NCBI GenBank assembly: GCA_963850305.1
Contig: CAWKKR010000007.1
Span: 864,001 to 928,000, forward strand
Source of the DNA: an uncultured delta proteobacterium
GTDB taxonomy: Bacteria; Myxococcota_A; Polyangia; Polyangiales; Polyangiaceae
Length of the DNA: 64,000 bases
Reading direction: 5' to 3'
The notes under the pieces were generated by a model. The model made no database searches, was not told the DNA's origin, and saw only the letters and a list, made by a program, of their open reading frames with translations. Positions 28,346-40,024 of this stretch are shown here, one piece after another. Position 1 is the stretch's first letter; the number at the start of each line of letters is the position of its first letter. The translations under genes and the position numbers were made by a program.

Positions 28346-30826
28346 ATGCCCAAGACGCTCGTCGTCGTCGAGTCGCCCGCCAAGGCGAAGACCATCAAGA
28401 AGTACCTCGGTCCCGGCTTCGAGGTCATGGCTTCGAAGGGCCACGTCCGTGACCTTCCGAAGAAGATGGGCATCGATATCGAGCGTGACTTTCTCGAGAC
28501 GTACGAGGTCATCCAGGCCAAGGAGAAGGTTCTCGAGGAGCTGAAAGGCGCGGTCAAAAAGGCCGACGCGCTCATGCTCGCGACCGACCCCGATCGCGAG
28601 GGGGAGGCCATCGCCTGGCACATCGCGGAAGAACTCGGACGCCCGGGGCTCAAGGTCAACCGCGTCGAGTTTCACGAGATCACGAAGCGAGGCGTCGAGC
28701 ACGGCGTCGAACACCCGCGGGAACTCGACAAGGCGCTCTATGACGCGCAGCGAGCGCGTCGCGTACTCGATCGCCTGGTCGGGTACGACGTCTCGGCGCT
28801 GGTGTGGTCGAAGCTGTCGTTCGGTCTCAGCGCGGGCCGCGTTCAGTCCGTCGCGCTCCGGCTGATCGTGGAGCGTGAGCGCGAGATCGAGCGGTTCGTC
28901 CCCGAAGAATACTGGAACGTCGGTGCGTCGCTCGCGGGCAAGGCCGCGCAATCCTTCTTCGCGCGGCTCGTGCGCGCGAACGGCGAGAAGATCGAGATCA
29001 ACGACGGCGATCATGCGGGCGCGGTCCGTGCGGATCTCGAATCCGCGGCATTCCGCGTCGTGGAGGTCACGCGGCGCGAACAGAAGCGCAACGCGCCGCC
29101 GCCGTACACGACGAGCAAGCTTCAGCAAGATGCCACGAGCCACCTGCGCTTCACGACGAAGCGCACGATGAACGTCGCGCAGCGGCTCTACGAGGGCGTC
29201 GATCTGAAAAAGGACGGAGGCCCCGTCGGCCTCATCACGTACATGCGCACGGACTCCACGCGCGTGAGCGTCGATGCGATCGAGGAAGTGCGCGCGTACA
29301 TCGACACCGCGTTCGGCGGGAAACACGTGCCCGCGAAACCGAATTTCTTCAAGACGAAGAAGGACGCGCAGGACGCGCACGAAGCCATTCGACCGACGTC
29401 CCTCGAATACACGCCCGAGCGGGTGCGAAAGCATCTCCTCGACGAGCAGTTCAAGCTCTACAAGCTCATCTGGGATCGGTTCGTCGCGTCGCAGATGACT
29501 CCGGCCGTCTACGACCAGACCGGCGTCGACATCGAGGCGAAACCGGCGCGCAAGGACGCGCGGTACCCATCCCTGGGGCTACGCGCCAGCGGCAAGGTGC
29601 TGAAGTTCGGTGGCTGGCTCGATCAGTACACGCGCGGCAAGGCGACCGACGGTGAGCAGACGGAGTTTGCCGGCGAAGAAGACGCGAACGGCGAGGGCGC
29701 TCACGAGAGCGCGAGCAACGGCAACGGCGCGAACGGCAACGGCGCTTCACCCGCGAAGCCAGCCGTGGCCCGCTTCGACGATGACGCGGAGAACACGCTG
29801 CCCGAGATCGCGCAGGGCGAAGTCCTGCGTCTCGTCCCGCCGCGCGTCGTGACGGACCAGAAGTTCACGCAGCCGCCCCCGCGTTTCAATGAAGGCTCAC
29901 TCGTGCGTGAGCTCGAGAAGCGTGGCATCGGGCGTCCGAGCACGTACGCGGAGATCATCAGCAAGGTCCAGGCTCGGGATTACGTGGAGAAGCTGCCGGG
30001 CGGGCAGATGCAGGCCACGGAGCTCGGGAAGATCGTCGTCGACGGCCTGGTCTCGACGGAGCTCGAGTTCATGGATCCGAGCTTCACCGCCAAGATGGAA
30101 GAGGATCTCGACGAGGTTCAGGCCGGCAAGCTCGAACGGGTCGAGCTCCTCAAGCGCTTTTACGGTCGCTTCAGCAAGACCCTGACGAAGGCGAAGAAGG
30201 CGGCGCGGTGGGCGCCTGCGCCGGAACCGACGGCCTTCAAGTGTTCCGAGTGTGGGTCCGGGATGCTCAAGCGATGGAGCAAGAACGGATGGTTCCTCGG
30301 GTGCGAAAAGTATCCGACGTGCAAGCACACGCAGAATCTCGACAAGGGCGGCAAGGAACCCGAGCTGCCGCAGCTCACGAACTACAAGTGCGACAAGTGC
30401 GGCAAAGCGATGACCATCCGGAATGGTCGCTACGGGGAGTTCCTCTCGTGCAGCGGCTATCCCGAGTGCAAGAATGCGAAGCCCGTTCCCCTCGGCGTCC
30501 CTTGCCCGAAATGTGGGGGCGACATCGTCGAGATCCGCGCGAAGAAGCGCGGCGGCAAGACGTTCTACGGTTGCGCGAACTACCCGAAGTGCGACTTCAA
30601 GGTCTGGCAAAAGCCGATTCCCGAGCCGTGCCCGCTCTGCGCGCATCCGTTCCTCGTCGTCGGCGGCGGGAAGAAGAACCCGCAGATCGTCTGTCCGCGA
30701 GGCAAAGAGTGCGGCTACTCGCGAAGCGTCGAGCCTGCGGGCGAGAGCGGGGAGATCGCAGAGGTCCTTCCGGCGCCGGCATCGAGGATGCCGGCCGATA
30801 GCGCCGGGCGCTCGGCGGGTCTGTGA
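28346..30826 (+). CDS. topA: Type IA DNA topoisomerase
   Basis: [45 protein letters not shown]4 zinc ribbons. Confidence 0.97.
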   Translation: MPKTLVVVESPAKAKTIKKYLGPGFEVMASKGHVRDLPKKMGIDIERDFLETYEVIQAKEKVLEELKGAVKKADALMLATDPDREGEAIAWHIAEELGRPGLKVNRVEFHEITKRGVEHGVEHPRELDKALYDAQRARRVLDRLVGYDVSALVWSKLSFGLSAGRVQSVALRLIVEREREIERFVPEEYWNVGASLAGKAAQSFFARLVRANGEKIEINDGDHAGAVRADLESAAFRVVEVTRREQKRNAPPPYTTSKLQQDATSHLRFTTKRTMNVAQRLYEGVDLKKDGGPVGLITYMRTDSTRVSVDAIEEVRAYIDTAFGGKHVPAKPNFFKTKKDAQDAHEAIRPTSLEYTPERVRKHLLDEQFKLYKLIWDRFVASQMTPAVYDQTGVDIEAKPARKDARYPSLGLRASGKVLKFGGWLDQYTRGKATDGEQTEFAGEEDANGEGAHESASNGNGANGNGASPAKPAVARFDDDAENTLPEIAQGEVLRLVPPRVVTDQKFTQPPPRFNEGSLVRELEKRGIGRPSTYAEIISKVQARDYVEKLPGGQMQATELGKIVVDGLVSTELEFMDPSFTAKMEEDLDEVQAGKLERVELLKRFYGRFSKTLTKAKKAARWAPAPEPTAFKCSECGSGMLKRWSKNGWFLGCEKYPTCKHTQNLDKGGKEPELPQLTNYKCDKCGKAMTIRNGRYGEFLSCSGYPECKNAKPVPLGVPCPKCGGDIVEIRAKKRGGKTFYGCANYPKCDFKVWQKPIPEPCPLCAHPFLVVGGGKKNPQIVCPRGKECGYSRSVEPAGESGEIAEVLPAPASRMPADSAGRSAGL

Positions 30827-32205
30827 GTTCGGGCGCGGACGTCGTCATCGTCGGCGCGGGGCTCGCCGGGAGCGAGGCCGCGCTCGGACTGGCGGAGCGT
30901 GGGTTCCGCGTGCGCCTCCTGGAACAGAAGCCACTGAGACGAACGCCGGCCCAGACGTCCGATCAGCTCTGCGAGCTCGTCTGTTCGAACTCCTTCCGCG
31001 GTGCGTCGCTGACGAACGCAGTGGGCCTCCTGAAGGAAGAGATGCGCCGGCTCGGCTCGTTCGTGATGAAGGCCGCGGAGGGATGCCGCGTGCCGGCGGG
31101 CGGCGCGCTGGCCGTGGACAGGGAGCGGTTTGCGGCGCAGATGACGGCATGGGTCCGCGCGCATCCGCGGATCGCCGTCGAGAGCGCGGAGGTGCTGGTC
31201 ATTCCCGACGCACGCCCGGTCGTCATCGCGACCGGTCCCCTGACGGGCGATGCGCTCGCGCGAGACATCGAGCGACGGACGATGGGGCAGCTTGCCTATT
31301 ACGACGCGATCGCGCCGATCGTGACTGCCGAGTCCATCGACTGGGACAAGGTGTTCACCGCATCTCGTTACGACAAAGGCGAGACGGAGGAAGATCAGCA
31401 CGCGTACGTCAACTGTCCGTTCGACCAAGAAGGCTACGACGCGTTCGTGCGCGAGGTCGTGCTCGCAAAGAAGGTCGATCCGAAGGAGTTCGAGAAGGTT
31501 CGCTACTTCGAGGGCTGTTTGCCCATCGAGATCATGGCCGAGCGAGGGCCGCAGACTCTCGCATTCGGCCCGATGAAACCCGTGGGACTCGTCGACCCTC
31601 GGACGGGTCGGCGACCGCACGCGGTCGTGCAGCTCCGGAAGGAAGACGAAGCGGGCACCGCGTACAATATCGTCGGGTTCCAGACTCGCATGACGTGGGG
31701 TGAGCAAGCGCGCGTTTTTCGGACCATCCCCGGGCTCGAACACGCGGAGTTCGCGCGGTACGGTGCGGTTCACCGCAACACGTTCATCGCGGCGCCGCGG
31801 CTCCTCGACGGCACGCTCCAGCTTCGCGGCGAGCCGGGCGTCTACTTTGCCGGGCAGATCGCGGGCACTGAGGGCTACGTCGAGAGTGCCGCCATGGGCT
31901 TCCTCGTGGCGCACGTGATCGGCGAGCGTCTGTCGGGTCGTGAGCCTTCATTGCCGCCTCCGACCACGGCTCACGGCGGTTTGCTCACGCATCTGTCCCG
32001 CCACGCGGACGACTATCAGCCATCGAACATCACGTTCTCGCACTTGCCGCCGCTCGAGGGAATGCGTCTGAAGAAGCGCGCGCGCTACGAGGCGCTCGCC
32101 GAGCGTGCCCTCGATGATCTCGGGGCGTGGATGCGAGACGCACGCGCAGCAATTCCTGCCGAAGATCGGGCGCGCGGGCGCGTCGCGATGACCGCGGGGC
32201 CGTGA
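30823..32205 (+). CDS. trmFO: tRNA (uracil-54) methyltransferase, FAD/folate-dependent
   Basis: [56 protein letters not shown]. Confidence 0.96.
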   Translation: MSSGADVVIVGAGLAGSEAALGLAERGFRVRLLEQKPLRRTPAQTSDQLCELVCSNSFRGASLTNAVGLLKEEMRRLGSFVMKAAEGCRVPAGGALAVDRERFAAQMTAWVRAHPRIAVESAEVLVIPDARPVVIATGPLTGDALARDIERRTMGQLAYYDAIAPIVTAESIDWDKVFTASRYDKGETEEDQHAYVNCPFDQEGYDAFVREVVLAKKVDPKEFEKVRYFEGCLPIEIMAERGPQTLAFGPMKPVGLVDPRTGRRPHAVVQLRKEDEAGTAYNIVGFQTRMTWGEQARVFRTIPGLEHAEFARYGAVHRNTFIAAPRLLDGTLQLRGEPGVYFAGQIAGTEGYVESAAMGFLVAHVIGERLSGREPSLPPPTTAHGGLLTHLSRHADDYQPSNITFSHLPPLEGMRLKKRARYEALAERALDDLGAWMRDARAAIPAEDRARGRVAMTAGP

Positions 32206-32234
32206 ACGCGCGCACGGGCGTGATGGGTGCATCG

Positions 32235-33461
32235 TCAGAGAAGCTCCGCGATCGTTCCGTCCGCGAGCAGCCACGCCGAGTGAGGGATCCGGAGGCGCGT
32301 ACCGTCACGGACGAGGCGGCCGCGCGCGACGAGTCGTTCCGCAGCGCGGACACGCGCCGGAGGCCAGGGATCTACGCCGATGGCGCTCGCCGTCGCTTCC
32401 AGGTCGAACCCCTCCGAGAGCCGTAACCCGAGCATCAAGCGCTCGGCGAGGTCCGTCTCCGGCGTGAGGGTTTCGAGATCCGAGACGAGCTCTCCGGCGC
32501 CCGCGCGCCCGAGATCCGCTGACCGCCATGCCCCGATCGAGCCCAGATAACGTTCGGGTACGGGCGTGTTTCGGTAGCGTACGCGCGAGCCGTTCAGCGT
32601 CACCGTGCCCCAGGCGCCGCACCCCAGACCGAGGTAGTCGTCGCCCCGCCAATATCCGAGATTGTGACGGGCAACGTGACCGTCTCGCGCGTAGTTGCTC
32701 ACCTCGTAGTGCGCAAATCGGCTCTTCGTCAGCGCCTCGTGCACAGCCACGAAAGAGTCCGCGACGGCATCTTCCGTAAGGAGCGGTAGGCGTCCTTTCC
32801 GGGCGAGCGCACCGAACTGGGTGCCCGGCTCGACCGTGAGTGCGTAAGCACTCAGATGCGTGACGCCCAGGTTCGCTACGGTGAGCACCTCGCGCGCCGC
32901 ATCTTCGGGTGACTCTCCCGCTACCCCGAAGATCAGGTCCGCCGATACCCGGGGAACACCCGCCGACAGCGCCGCTTCCACCGCGGCAAGGCCGCCTTTT
33001 TCATCATGCAAGCGTCCGAGAAAACGAAGACGATCGGGGTCGAGGCTTTGCACGCCTATGCTCACGCGGTTCACCCCGACGTCGAGAAGTGCGCGAGCGC
33101 AATCGGCGTCGAAACTCGATGGATTGCACTCCACGGTCACCTCTGGGGCGGCGCGGGACGGGAACGCCGCGAGAATCGCCCCGAGTACTCGACCGAGTGC
33201 GGCCGGGCTCCAGAGCGACGGCGTACCCCCGCCGAAAAAGACCGTCTCGAGGGCGACTCCCTCGACTTCTGCTGCGCGGCGATTCAGTTCGGAAACGACC
33301 GCATCCGCGTACCGAGCATGGTGGATGGCGTCCCGCGGGGACGCGACGCTGAGAAAGTCGCAGTAGCCACACTTCTGCAAACACCACGGGAAATGCACGT
33401 AGACGCCCATCTTCCGGTGCGTCGGCCGCTTCGCGCCTTCCGTCGATGTTGCCGCTGCCAT
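32235..33461 (-). CDS. hemW: Radical SAM heme chaperone (HemW/HemN-like)
   Basis: YVHFPWCLQKCGYCDF, FGGGTPS, RVSIGVQS, YEVSNY, HNLGYW, LGLGCGA. Confidence 0.9.
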   Translation of the reverse strand: MAAATSTEGAKRPTHRKMGVYVHFPWCLQKCGYCDFLSVASPRDAIHHARYADAVVSELNRRAAEVEGVALETVFFGGGTPSLWSPAALGRVLGAILAAFPSRAAPEVTVECNPSSFDADCARALLDVGVNRVSIGVQSLDPDRLRFLGRLHDEKGGLAAVEAALSAGVPRVSADLIFGVAGESPEDAAREVLTVANLGVTHLSAYALTVEPGTQFGALARKGRLPLLTEDAVADSFVAVHEALTKSRFAHYEVSNYARDGHVARHNLGYWRGDDYLGLGCGAWGTVTLNGSRVRYRNTPVPERYLGSIGAWRSADLGRAGAGELVSDLETLTPETDLAERLMLGLRLSEGFDLEATASAIGVDPWPPARVRAAERLVARGRLVRDGTRLRIPHSAWLLADGTIAELL

Positions 33462-33484
33462 GGGGGGTGTTAGCTTGAAGATTA

Positions 33485-33512
33485 GACGCGGAGAGTCCGC
33501 GTCGAGTAGAAT
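33485..33512. promoter_or_regulatory. Inverted repeat and -10-like box in the hemW/rel divergent gap
   Basis: GACGCGGA-GAG-TCCGCGTC (33485-33503); TAGAAT at 33507-33512. Confidence 0.4.
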
Positions 33513-33523
33513 TCCCCACCCCC

Positions 33524-35740
33524 ATGCTCGCACTCGACGTGATCGTCGATCGCGTACGCAGCTACCATCCGACCGCCGACGTCGCGATCATCTCGAAAGC
33601 GTACCAGTTCTCGCAGCTGGCGCATCGAGAGCAAAAAAGGAAGAGCGGGGATCCGTACTTCACCCATCCGGCGAGCGTGGCCGGCATCATCACGGACCTG
33701 AAGCTCGATACGGCGAGCATCTGCGCTGGGCTTCTCCATGACGTCGTCGAGGATACACCTGCGACTCTCGCCGACATCGACAGAGAATTCGGGAGCGAGA
33801 TCACGACGCTGGTCGACGGCGTCACGAAGCTCAACAAGATCAATTTCACGTCCAAGGAAGACCGTCAGGCGGAGAACTTTCGCAAGATGGTCGTCGCGAT
33901 GGCGAAGGACCTCCGGGTCCTGCTCGTCAAGATCTGCGACCGGCTGGACAATATGCGAACGCTCGAACACATGAGCGTGGAGTCCCAGGAACGCATCGCC
34001 CGGGAGACGATGGAGATCTACGCGCCGCTGACGAACCGGCTCGGAATCCACTCGTTGAAGAGCGAGCTCGAGGATCTGTCTCTCCAGTATCTAGAGCCTG
34101 ACGTCTACCGGCAGATACTGAGTGGGCTCGCGGCGAGTCACAAGGAACGCGAGCGATACATCGAAGGTGTCTGCCGGACGCTGAGGCAGCATCTCGCCGA
34201 GATGGGCTTCCCGGCAGACGTGTACGGTCGAGCGAAGCACATCACCAGCATCTTCCGGAAGATGAAGGAGCAGCAATGCGATCTCGAGCGCGTCTACGAC
34301 GTGCTCGCGTTCCGGATTTGCGTGGAGTCGGTGACGGAGTGTTACGCCGCGCTCGGCTGCGTCCACTCGAAGTGGACCCCGATCCCGGGGCGATTCAAGG
34401 ACTACATCGCGCTGCCGAAGCCGAACATGTACCAGTCGCTCCACACGACGGTCATCGGACCCGGCGGCAAGCGAATCGAAGTGCAGATCCGAACGCACGA
34501 CATGCAGAGCGTCGCCGAACGCGGGGTGGCGGCACACTGGCAATACAAGGAGCGCGCCTCGGGAGTCAGTTTGCGAGACGCGCAGAAGTTTTCCTGGCTG
34601 CGCGAACTCACGGCGTTCCAGAAAGATCTCAAGGACCCGGCCGAATTTCTCGAGAGCGTGAAGATCGACTTGTTTCCCGACGAGGTCTACGTGTTCACGC
34701 CGAAGGGCGAAGTCCGGGTTCTTCCGCGAGGCTCGACGCCGATCGATTTTGCCTTCAGCATTCACTCCGACGTCGGGGCGACGTGCTGCGGGGCGCGCGC
34801 GAACGGACAGATCGTGCCGCTCCGGTACAAGCTCCGGAACGGCGACGTGATCGAGGTGATGACTGCGAATGCCCAGCACCCCACGAAGGACTGGCTCGAT
34901 TTTTCGATCACCTCGCGGGCGAGAAATAGAATCCGGAGCTATCTGCGTACCGAGCAGCGCGAGAAGAGCGTGAACCTCGGACGAGAACTCCTCGAAGCAG
35001 AGATGCATCGCGCAGGAATGAGCCTGGCGAAGCTGACGAAGAACGAGCGCGAGCTCAAGCGGGTGCTCGAGGCGCAACACCTGGGTTCGTTCGATGAACT
35101 CCTCCTCACCGTTGGGTACGGCAAGGTCCAGGCCGAGGACATCGTGCAGGTGGTTCGCGGTACGCCGTGGGGCGGCCGCGAGAGCGAGGCGCCGCGCCCG
35201 GAACTTCGGCCGAGTCCCATCGAACGGATCGTGCGGAAGGTGCGCGGCCGCGATCACGGGGGTATCACCGTCAACGGTGTGGACGACGTGCTGGTACGGT
35301 ACGCGCGATGCTGCAACCCGCTTCCCGGCGACGCGATCATCGGATTCATCACGCGAGGCAGGGGAGTCACCGTGCACCGGCGCGAGTGCCAGAAGGCGTT
35401 CGACACCGACCCCGAGCGCCGCGTGGAAGTGAGCTGGGAGACGGACTCGAAGATCAATCGGCCGGTTCAGCTCAAAGTGACGACCTTGAACAAGCCCGGC
35501 ATCCTGGCGAATGTGAGTCAGGCCTTCAGCGCGCAGAAGATCAACATCAGTGAAGCCAACTGCCGCGCGGGGGACGACGGTCGCGCCTGCAACATTTTCA
35601 CGTTCCCGTGCGCCGATCTCGCCCAGTTGAAGAGCGTGATGCGCGCGTTGACGAAGGTGAAGGGGGTCGTGGAGGTCGAACGTACCTGGGCCGCGGGCGG
35701 CGCGAGCACCTCGAGCGCCTCGAGCGCGCCGAGCCGTTGA
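33524..35740 (+). CDS. relA: Bifunctional (p)ppGpp synthetase/hydrolase (RelA/SpoT)
   Basis: RKSGDPYFTHP, LLHDVVEDT (HD intact), DRLDNMRT, KDYI..PK.N.YQSLHT, EVQIRT; TGS, CC zinc-finger and ACT domains. Confidence 0.95.
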   Translation: MLALDVIVDRVRSYHPTADVAIISKAYQFSQLAHREQKRKSGDPYFTHPASVAGIITDLKLDTASICAGLLHDVVEDTPATLADIDREFGSEITTLVDGVTKLNKINFTSKEDRQAENFRKMVVAMAKDLRVLLVKICDRLDNMRTLEHMSVESQERIARETMEIYAPLTNRLGIHSLKSELEDLSLQYLEPDVYRQILSGLAASHKERERYIEGVCRTLRQHLAEMGFPADVYGRAKHITSIFRKMKEQQCDLERVYDVLAFRICVESVTECYAALGCVHSKWTPIPGRFKDYIALPKPNMYQSLHTTVIGPGGKRIEVQIRTHDMQSVAERGVAAHWQYKERASGVSLRDAQKFSWLRELTAFQKDLKDPAEFLESVKIDLFPDEVYVFTPKGEVRVLPRGSTPIDFAFSIHSDVGATCCGARANGQIVPLRYKLRNGDVIEVMTANAQHPTKDWLDFSITSRARNRIRSYLRTEQREKSVNLGRELLEAEMHRAGMSLAKLTKNERELKRVLEAQHLGSFDELLLTVGYGKVQAEDIVQVVRGTPWGGRESEAPRPELRPSPIERIVRKVRGRDHGGITVNGVDDVLVRYARCCNPLPGDAIIGFITRGRGVTVHRRECQKAFDTDPERRVEVSWETDSKINRPVQLKVTTLNKPGILANVSQAFSAQKINISEANCRAGDDGRACNIFTFPCADLAQLKSVMRALTKVKGVVEVERTWAAGGASTSSASSAPSR

Positions 35741-35778
35741 AAGGGAGCGGACTGCCTGCACATTCGGGCCCGATTGGC

Positions 35779-35807
35779 TTGACAGAGGCGCGGACGCTCA
35801 GTAGACC
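35779..35807 (+). promoter_or_regulatory. Sigma70-type promoter of tRNA-Gly
   Basis: TTGACA (35779-84), 17 nt, TAGACC (35802-07), 11 nt before the tRNA. Confidence 0.6.
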
Positions 35808-35817
35808 GAGCGTCCAC

Positions 35818-35890
<73 letters not shown>

Positions 35891-36107
35891 CGGCCCCAAA
35901 AGGGAAGAAAAACCGGGAGCCGGAACCGAGCGATCCTCGTTCCGGCCGCCTCATTTCATGTCCGGTTGGGAGCGCGAAATTCTTGAAAAACGAGTCGTGT
36001 GGCGGGGTGGGTGAGCACGGCACTTCCAGTCGGATCGAGCATCGAGTTGAATCGTAAGAACGGCGCACCCCGGGGGGATACCGGGTGCCAGGGATGCGAC
36101 GACAGTC

Positions 36108-37040
36108 ATGGCTAGCGATGCAGTCAACACCATCATCGATTCGTTGAAGGAACACGACGATCTGCCGCGAAAGCAGATCGCGGAGATCGTGGAAATTCTA
36201 GGTCCGGAGACGGCGCTCGGCCTTCTCCGGGAGACGCGCCGTGTTCAAGACGAGGGCGGCGTCGAGGTTCGCGATGGTTCACGGCGGCGCACGGATGGCG
36301 GCGTGTTCTTCAGCCTCGCCAAAACCAAGCTGCCAAAAGCGGATCGGAACCGGATCTTCCGCGTGCGGCCGCCGAAGCCAGAGACGGCGGACGCGCCGGC
36401 CTCGGAAAGCAAACCCGAGGCAGGGAACGGTGTACCAGTCATCGAGCGACGGCCGCGAGGTCCGGCGCCGCCGGCCGCGCGCGAGGTTCGGGAGCCACCA
36501 CCGGGAATCGGTCGTCGGCGCGTCGTGGAGGTGGAAGTCCTGCGCCACCACTCCCCGAAGGTTACCCCGGAATCCGAGGCCGCTGTTGCTCGCGTCCAAC
36601 CGGCAAAGCATGCCGAACCGACGGAACCGACGGAACCGACGCCCGCGCACGGGATGCGACCCCTCAGACGGATCGTCACCGTCGCGCCGACCGTTCGAGA
36701 CGAGCCGCCTGCGACTGCGGAAGCGGCGAAGGAGCGCTTACGCCACATCCTGCAAGCGCTGGGCGCGGCAGATAAACGCCGCATTCTTTCCGAGTTGCTT
36801 CGCGAAGCGGGCGGGGGGCTTCCCGACCTCGAAGCGAGACGGGTCGTCGAGGCGAAGCCGGCGCCGGAGCCGAAGCGAAAGCCCGGAGTCGACAATCAGA
36901 CACGCGAACAGGTACTCGCGGCGGTCACGGATGCGCTCGGCCTGTCGAGTGCAGATCTCGCTTCCGTGCTCTACGGTGACGACTCGCGCGCGGCCCGCAA
37001 CAAGGCGCGGGGCGTCCTTCAGCGGCTCAGGAGATCCTAG
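36108..37040 (+). CDS. PHAX RNA-binding-domain protein
   Basis: IVEILG...VQDEGGVEVRDGSRRRTDGGVFFSLAK...IF matches the PHAX RBD signature GG...DGSRRRTPGGVF..L.K. Confidence 0.78.
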   Translation: MASDAVNTIIDSLKEHDDLPRKQIAEIVEILGPETALGLLRETRRVQDEGGVEVRDGSRRRTDGGVFFSLAKTKLPKADRNRIFRVRPPKPETADAPASESKPEAGNGVPVIERRPRGPAPPAAREVREPPPGIGRRRVVEVEVLRHHSPKVTPESEAAVARVQPAKHAEPTEPTEPTPAHGMRPLRRIVTVAPTVRDEPPATAEAAKERLRHILQALGAADKRRILSELLREAGGGLPDLEARRVVEAKPAPEPKRKPGVDNQTREQVLAAVTDALGLSSADLASVLYGDDSRAARNKARGVLQRLRRS

Positions 37041-38652
37041 AACGCCGTCGACGGCGTGTGATTGCGAGCGCGCCGGCGGCGAAGAGTAGCGGCGCGCCCG
37101 CGTCGTGCGGAGCCGCCGACCGAAATGGGAGCGAGCAGGAGCATCCTGAACTCTTCTTCGTCGCTTTCGGCGCGGTGCCGGCATCGGGCAACCCCCCGTC
37201 CAGGCTGCAGCGGTCGCCCTGCGTGAACTCCTTCTCGAAGCCTGCGTAATACGGCAAGGCGGTCGGGTCGTTCCAGAGAATGGAGCAGGCCTGGCTCATC
37301 ATCGAATTCGGTGAACACGCGGGATAAGTGACGTCGCAGATCGTCATGAGGGGCGAAAACGAATGCCCTTCGTCGGTGGAAACGCCGAGCGTGTACGCCG
37401 GGATGCCGCGCGCGGCGAAGTTGTCGTTGCCGGCGTAGAGGCGCCCGTTTGCGGTGCCGTCCGCGACCCAGTTCAACGCCCAGACGGCGCCAGAGAACAC
37501 CCTCGTGAACGCCGCCTGGCCGCGCGCGAGGGCGTCGTCGAAGTTCGCGGATTGCACGCCATCAATCGGTCCCGCGATGAGCAGCGTCTTTCCGTCAGGT
37601 GACAGCGCGAGCCCCGGCAAATCCCCGGTGCTCTGGAAGAGTGGTTTCCACGTTGCGCCGGAGTCGGTGGTCGCATAGATGGCGTCGGGAGCGTTCACGC
37701 CGAGACCCTCCGGCAGATCGAGCCACACGACGGCAATGTTCGGTCGCGTCGGATCGACGAGGACGATGCGGACCGTGCAGTCGTTGTCCTGCGGCTGGAT
37801 GGCGAACGTCGATTCGTGCCAGGTTGCACCGTCGTCGTCCGAGCGCTCGATCATGCCGGTCGTGGGATCGTTCGGTACCCCGCCCGCGGCGTAGATCGTG
37901 TTCCGGTTCGAGGGAGCACGCAGGACGCTCGCTCCGAAGAAGTGCTGCGGGAGCGAGCTGCCGACCCGAGACCATTTGTCTCCGTTGTCGAGAGAGTGCC
38001 AGATGCCGCCCGAGATTCCTGCGTCCCCGTGCCCCGTGGCCGTGATGATCAGCATCTCGGTTCCCGCGCCACCGGTTGCGCCGGCGTCCGTGATGGGACC
38101 GAGGCTCGCGTCGCTCCTGGCCTTGCCCGCGTCCAGCGCCTTCGGACGCCCCGCATCCACACCTTGGCCGGCGTCCGGTCGACCGGCGTCGAGCGGCTTG
38201 TCGAGGCCCGTCGCGAAGACGCCGCCGTCGACCGCGGGCGTCGCGCCCGGAAGTTTCATCGCCACGATTTCTTCGACGACCTGGCCGTCGAAGGCAGGGT
38301 TCGCGTGCCAGCTGCAATAGTCATCCGTGATCTGGAGACCATTGAACTGACTCGCGACGAGGACGCGCCCGCGCGCGCCGAGAATGGACACGCGGTGTTC
38401 GGCGCTCAGGGAGTTGCCTCCGTACACCTCGGCGCAGGTCCACTTCCACGACTGTCCGTCGTCCGTCGTCCGCATGAGGCCCCACACGTCCGAGCGCAGC
38501 AGAATCTGCTTCGGGTCGTCCGGTGCAAACGAGATGCTGAAGGCGCGCGGGATGCCACCGTGCGCGCTGGCGGCGAGAGCCAGCGTCCCGGCGACGGCGA
38601 ATGTTGCCATCCCGGTGCCGGCGCGGAGCCAGGTACGTCTGGAAATGCTCAC
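37027..38652 (-). CDS. Secreted BNR/Asp-box beta-propeller protein with MYXO-CTERM-like tail
   Basis: SRRTWL Tat-like signal; Asp boxes TDDGQSW, SLDNGDKW, SDDDGATW, TDSGATW, STDEGHSF; C-terminal SGCSC, hydrophobic stretch, RRRRR. Confidence 0.8.
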   Translation of the reverse strand: MSISRRTWLRAGTGMATFAVAGTLALAASAHGGIPRAFSISFAPDDPKQILLRSDVWGLMRTTDDGQSWKWTCAEVYGGNSLSAEHRVSILGARGRVLVASQFNGLQITDDYCSWHANPAFDGQVVEEIVAMKLPGATPAVDGGVFATGLDKPLDAGRPDAGQGVDAGRPKALDAGKARSDASLGPITDAGATGGAGTEMLIITATGHGDAGISGGIWHSLDNGDKWSRVGSSLPQHFFGASVLRAPSNRNTIYAAGGVPNDPTTGMIERSDDDGATWHESTFAIQPQDNDCTVRIVLVDPTRPNIAVVWLDLPEGLGVNAPDAIYATTDSGATWKPLFQSTGDLPGLALSPDGKTLLIAGPIDGVQSANFDDALARGQAAFTRVFSGAVWALNWVADGTANGRLYAGNDNFAARGIPAYTLGVSTDEGHSFSPLMTICDVTYPACSPNSMMSQACSILWNDPTALPYYAGFEKEFTQGDRCSLDGGLPDAGTAPKATKKSSGCSCSLPFRSAAPHDAGAPLLFAAGALAITRRRRRSRIS

Positions 38653-38807
38653 AAGGATTTCGGGAGGCTAGCACTGCCCCGGAGGATGGAAGGCCCGTTT
38701 TGCGGTCTCTCGCTGACGTGGCAGTCAGTCATGGGATCGGTCGGTGTCCTCTCGCGTGGATGCGCCGCGAGCGGATCATTTCACGAGCACCGAAGGCAAT
38801 CATCCGC

Positions 38808-39845
38808 TCACTTCGGTGGCTTCGTGTTTCCGATATGCAGCCCGCACTCGCGCTTGGTCGCATCCTCCCACCACCACCGACCCGCGCGCTCGTGTTCGCC
38901 GGGGAGGACGGCCCGCGAGCAAGGTTCGCAGCCGATCGAGACGAAGCCGTGCTCGTGAAGGGGATTGAACGGGACCCCGTTGTCGCGAATGAACTGCCAC
39001 GTGCGCGCCGAGGTCCACGCCGCGAGCGGATTGAACTTCACGAGCCGTCCATTCGCCCCCGAGAAGGTGCGGTCCCACTCGACGACCGCGATTGCCGAGC
39101 GCGTCGCCGGACTCTGATCGCGTCGCTGACCGGTGGCCCATGCACGCGCGTGGGCCAGCCGTCGTCGCATCGGTTCGATCTTCCGGATCTCGCAGCACTC
39201 TTCGTGTCCGTCTTCGTAGAAGCTGAATAGCCCCTTCCTTCGCACGAACGGTTCGAGCAAGGCGGGGTCCGGCGCGGTGATGTCGATGTCCGTGCCGTAG
39301 CGCTTCCGGACGGCGTCGATGAATCGATACGTCTCGGGATGCAGTCGCCCCGTGTCCAGCGAGAAGACGGAGAAGGGGAGCCCGAGCTCGGCGGCCATGT
39401 GCAGGAGCACCACGTCCTCCGCGCCGCTGAACGCAATCGCCAGGTCTTTGCCGAAGTGCTCGAGTCCGGCGCGAAGAATCTCATCCGGCGCGCGGTCGGT
39501 GAGCTCGACGGCGAAGCGCTCCACGTCGAACTCGGCTCTGCTCGCATCGAAGGAATTTCCGTCGATGGCCTTCGACGCGGAGAGGCGCTCCTTGGCGAGC
39601 TTCACGGCACTCTCGTAAACGGTCTCGCGACCATCGTCTTCGCGGACGATGAAGAACGGCGCGATGCTCACTCCGAACTTTGCTCCGAGTTTCATGCCGG
39701 GCGAGGCTGGGTCGTCTTCCAGAGCGAGGACCACTTCGTCGATGCGGTTCCACAGGTCCCGGCTCTTCAAGAAGTCTTCCGCCTGAGCACATTTGCGACA
39801 CGGCTCTCCGTTCCCCAGGCGCTTCTTGACCATCGTGACGTGCAT
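38808..39845 (-). CDS. cysH: APS (adenylylsulfate) reductase with N-terminal CxxC thioredoxin-like domain
   Basis: [43 protein letters not shown]; ~90-aa N-terminal domain with CRKC and APFF. Confidence 0.9.
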   Translation of the reverse strand: MHVTMVKKRLGNGEPCRKCAQAEDFLKSRDLWNRIDEVVLALEDDPASPGMKLGAKFGVSIAPFFIVREDDGRETVYESAVKLAKERLSASKAIDGNSFDASRAEFDVERFAVELTDRAPDEILRAGLEHFGKDLAIAFSGAEDVVLLHMAAELGLPFSVFSLDTGRLHPETYRFIDAVRKRYGTDIDITAPDPALLEPFVRRKGLFSFYEDGHEECCEIRKIEPMRRRLAHARAWATGQRRDQSPATRSAIAVVEWDRTFSGANGRLVKFNPLAAWTSARTWQFIRDNGVPFNPLHEHGFVSIGCEPCSRAVLPGEHERAGRWWWEDATKRECGLHIGNTKPPK

Positions 39846-40024
39846 CAGTGCTCCGGACGGGTCCCCGAATCAGGGACTTTGCTCCCGAGTTAGAGCGCAT
39901 TCTCGCGGCCGCGCAAGCCCTGCGGGCTCCCTACGCCCCAGCGACGAGCGGCCGGGCGCGCGGCGAGGCGGCAACCGTATGCCACCGGTCGGCGGATGGT
40001 GCTATGAGACCGGGTTCGAAGATC

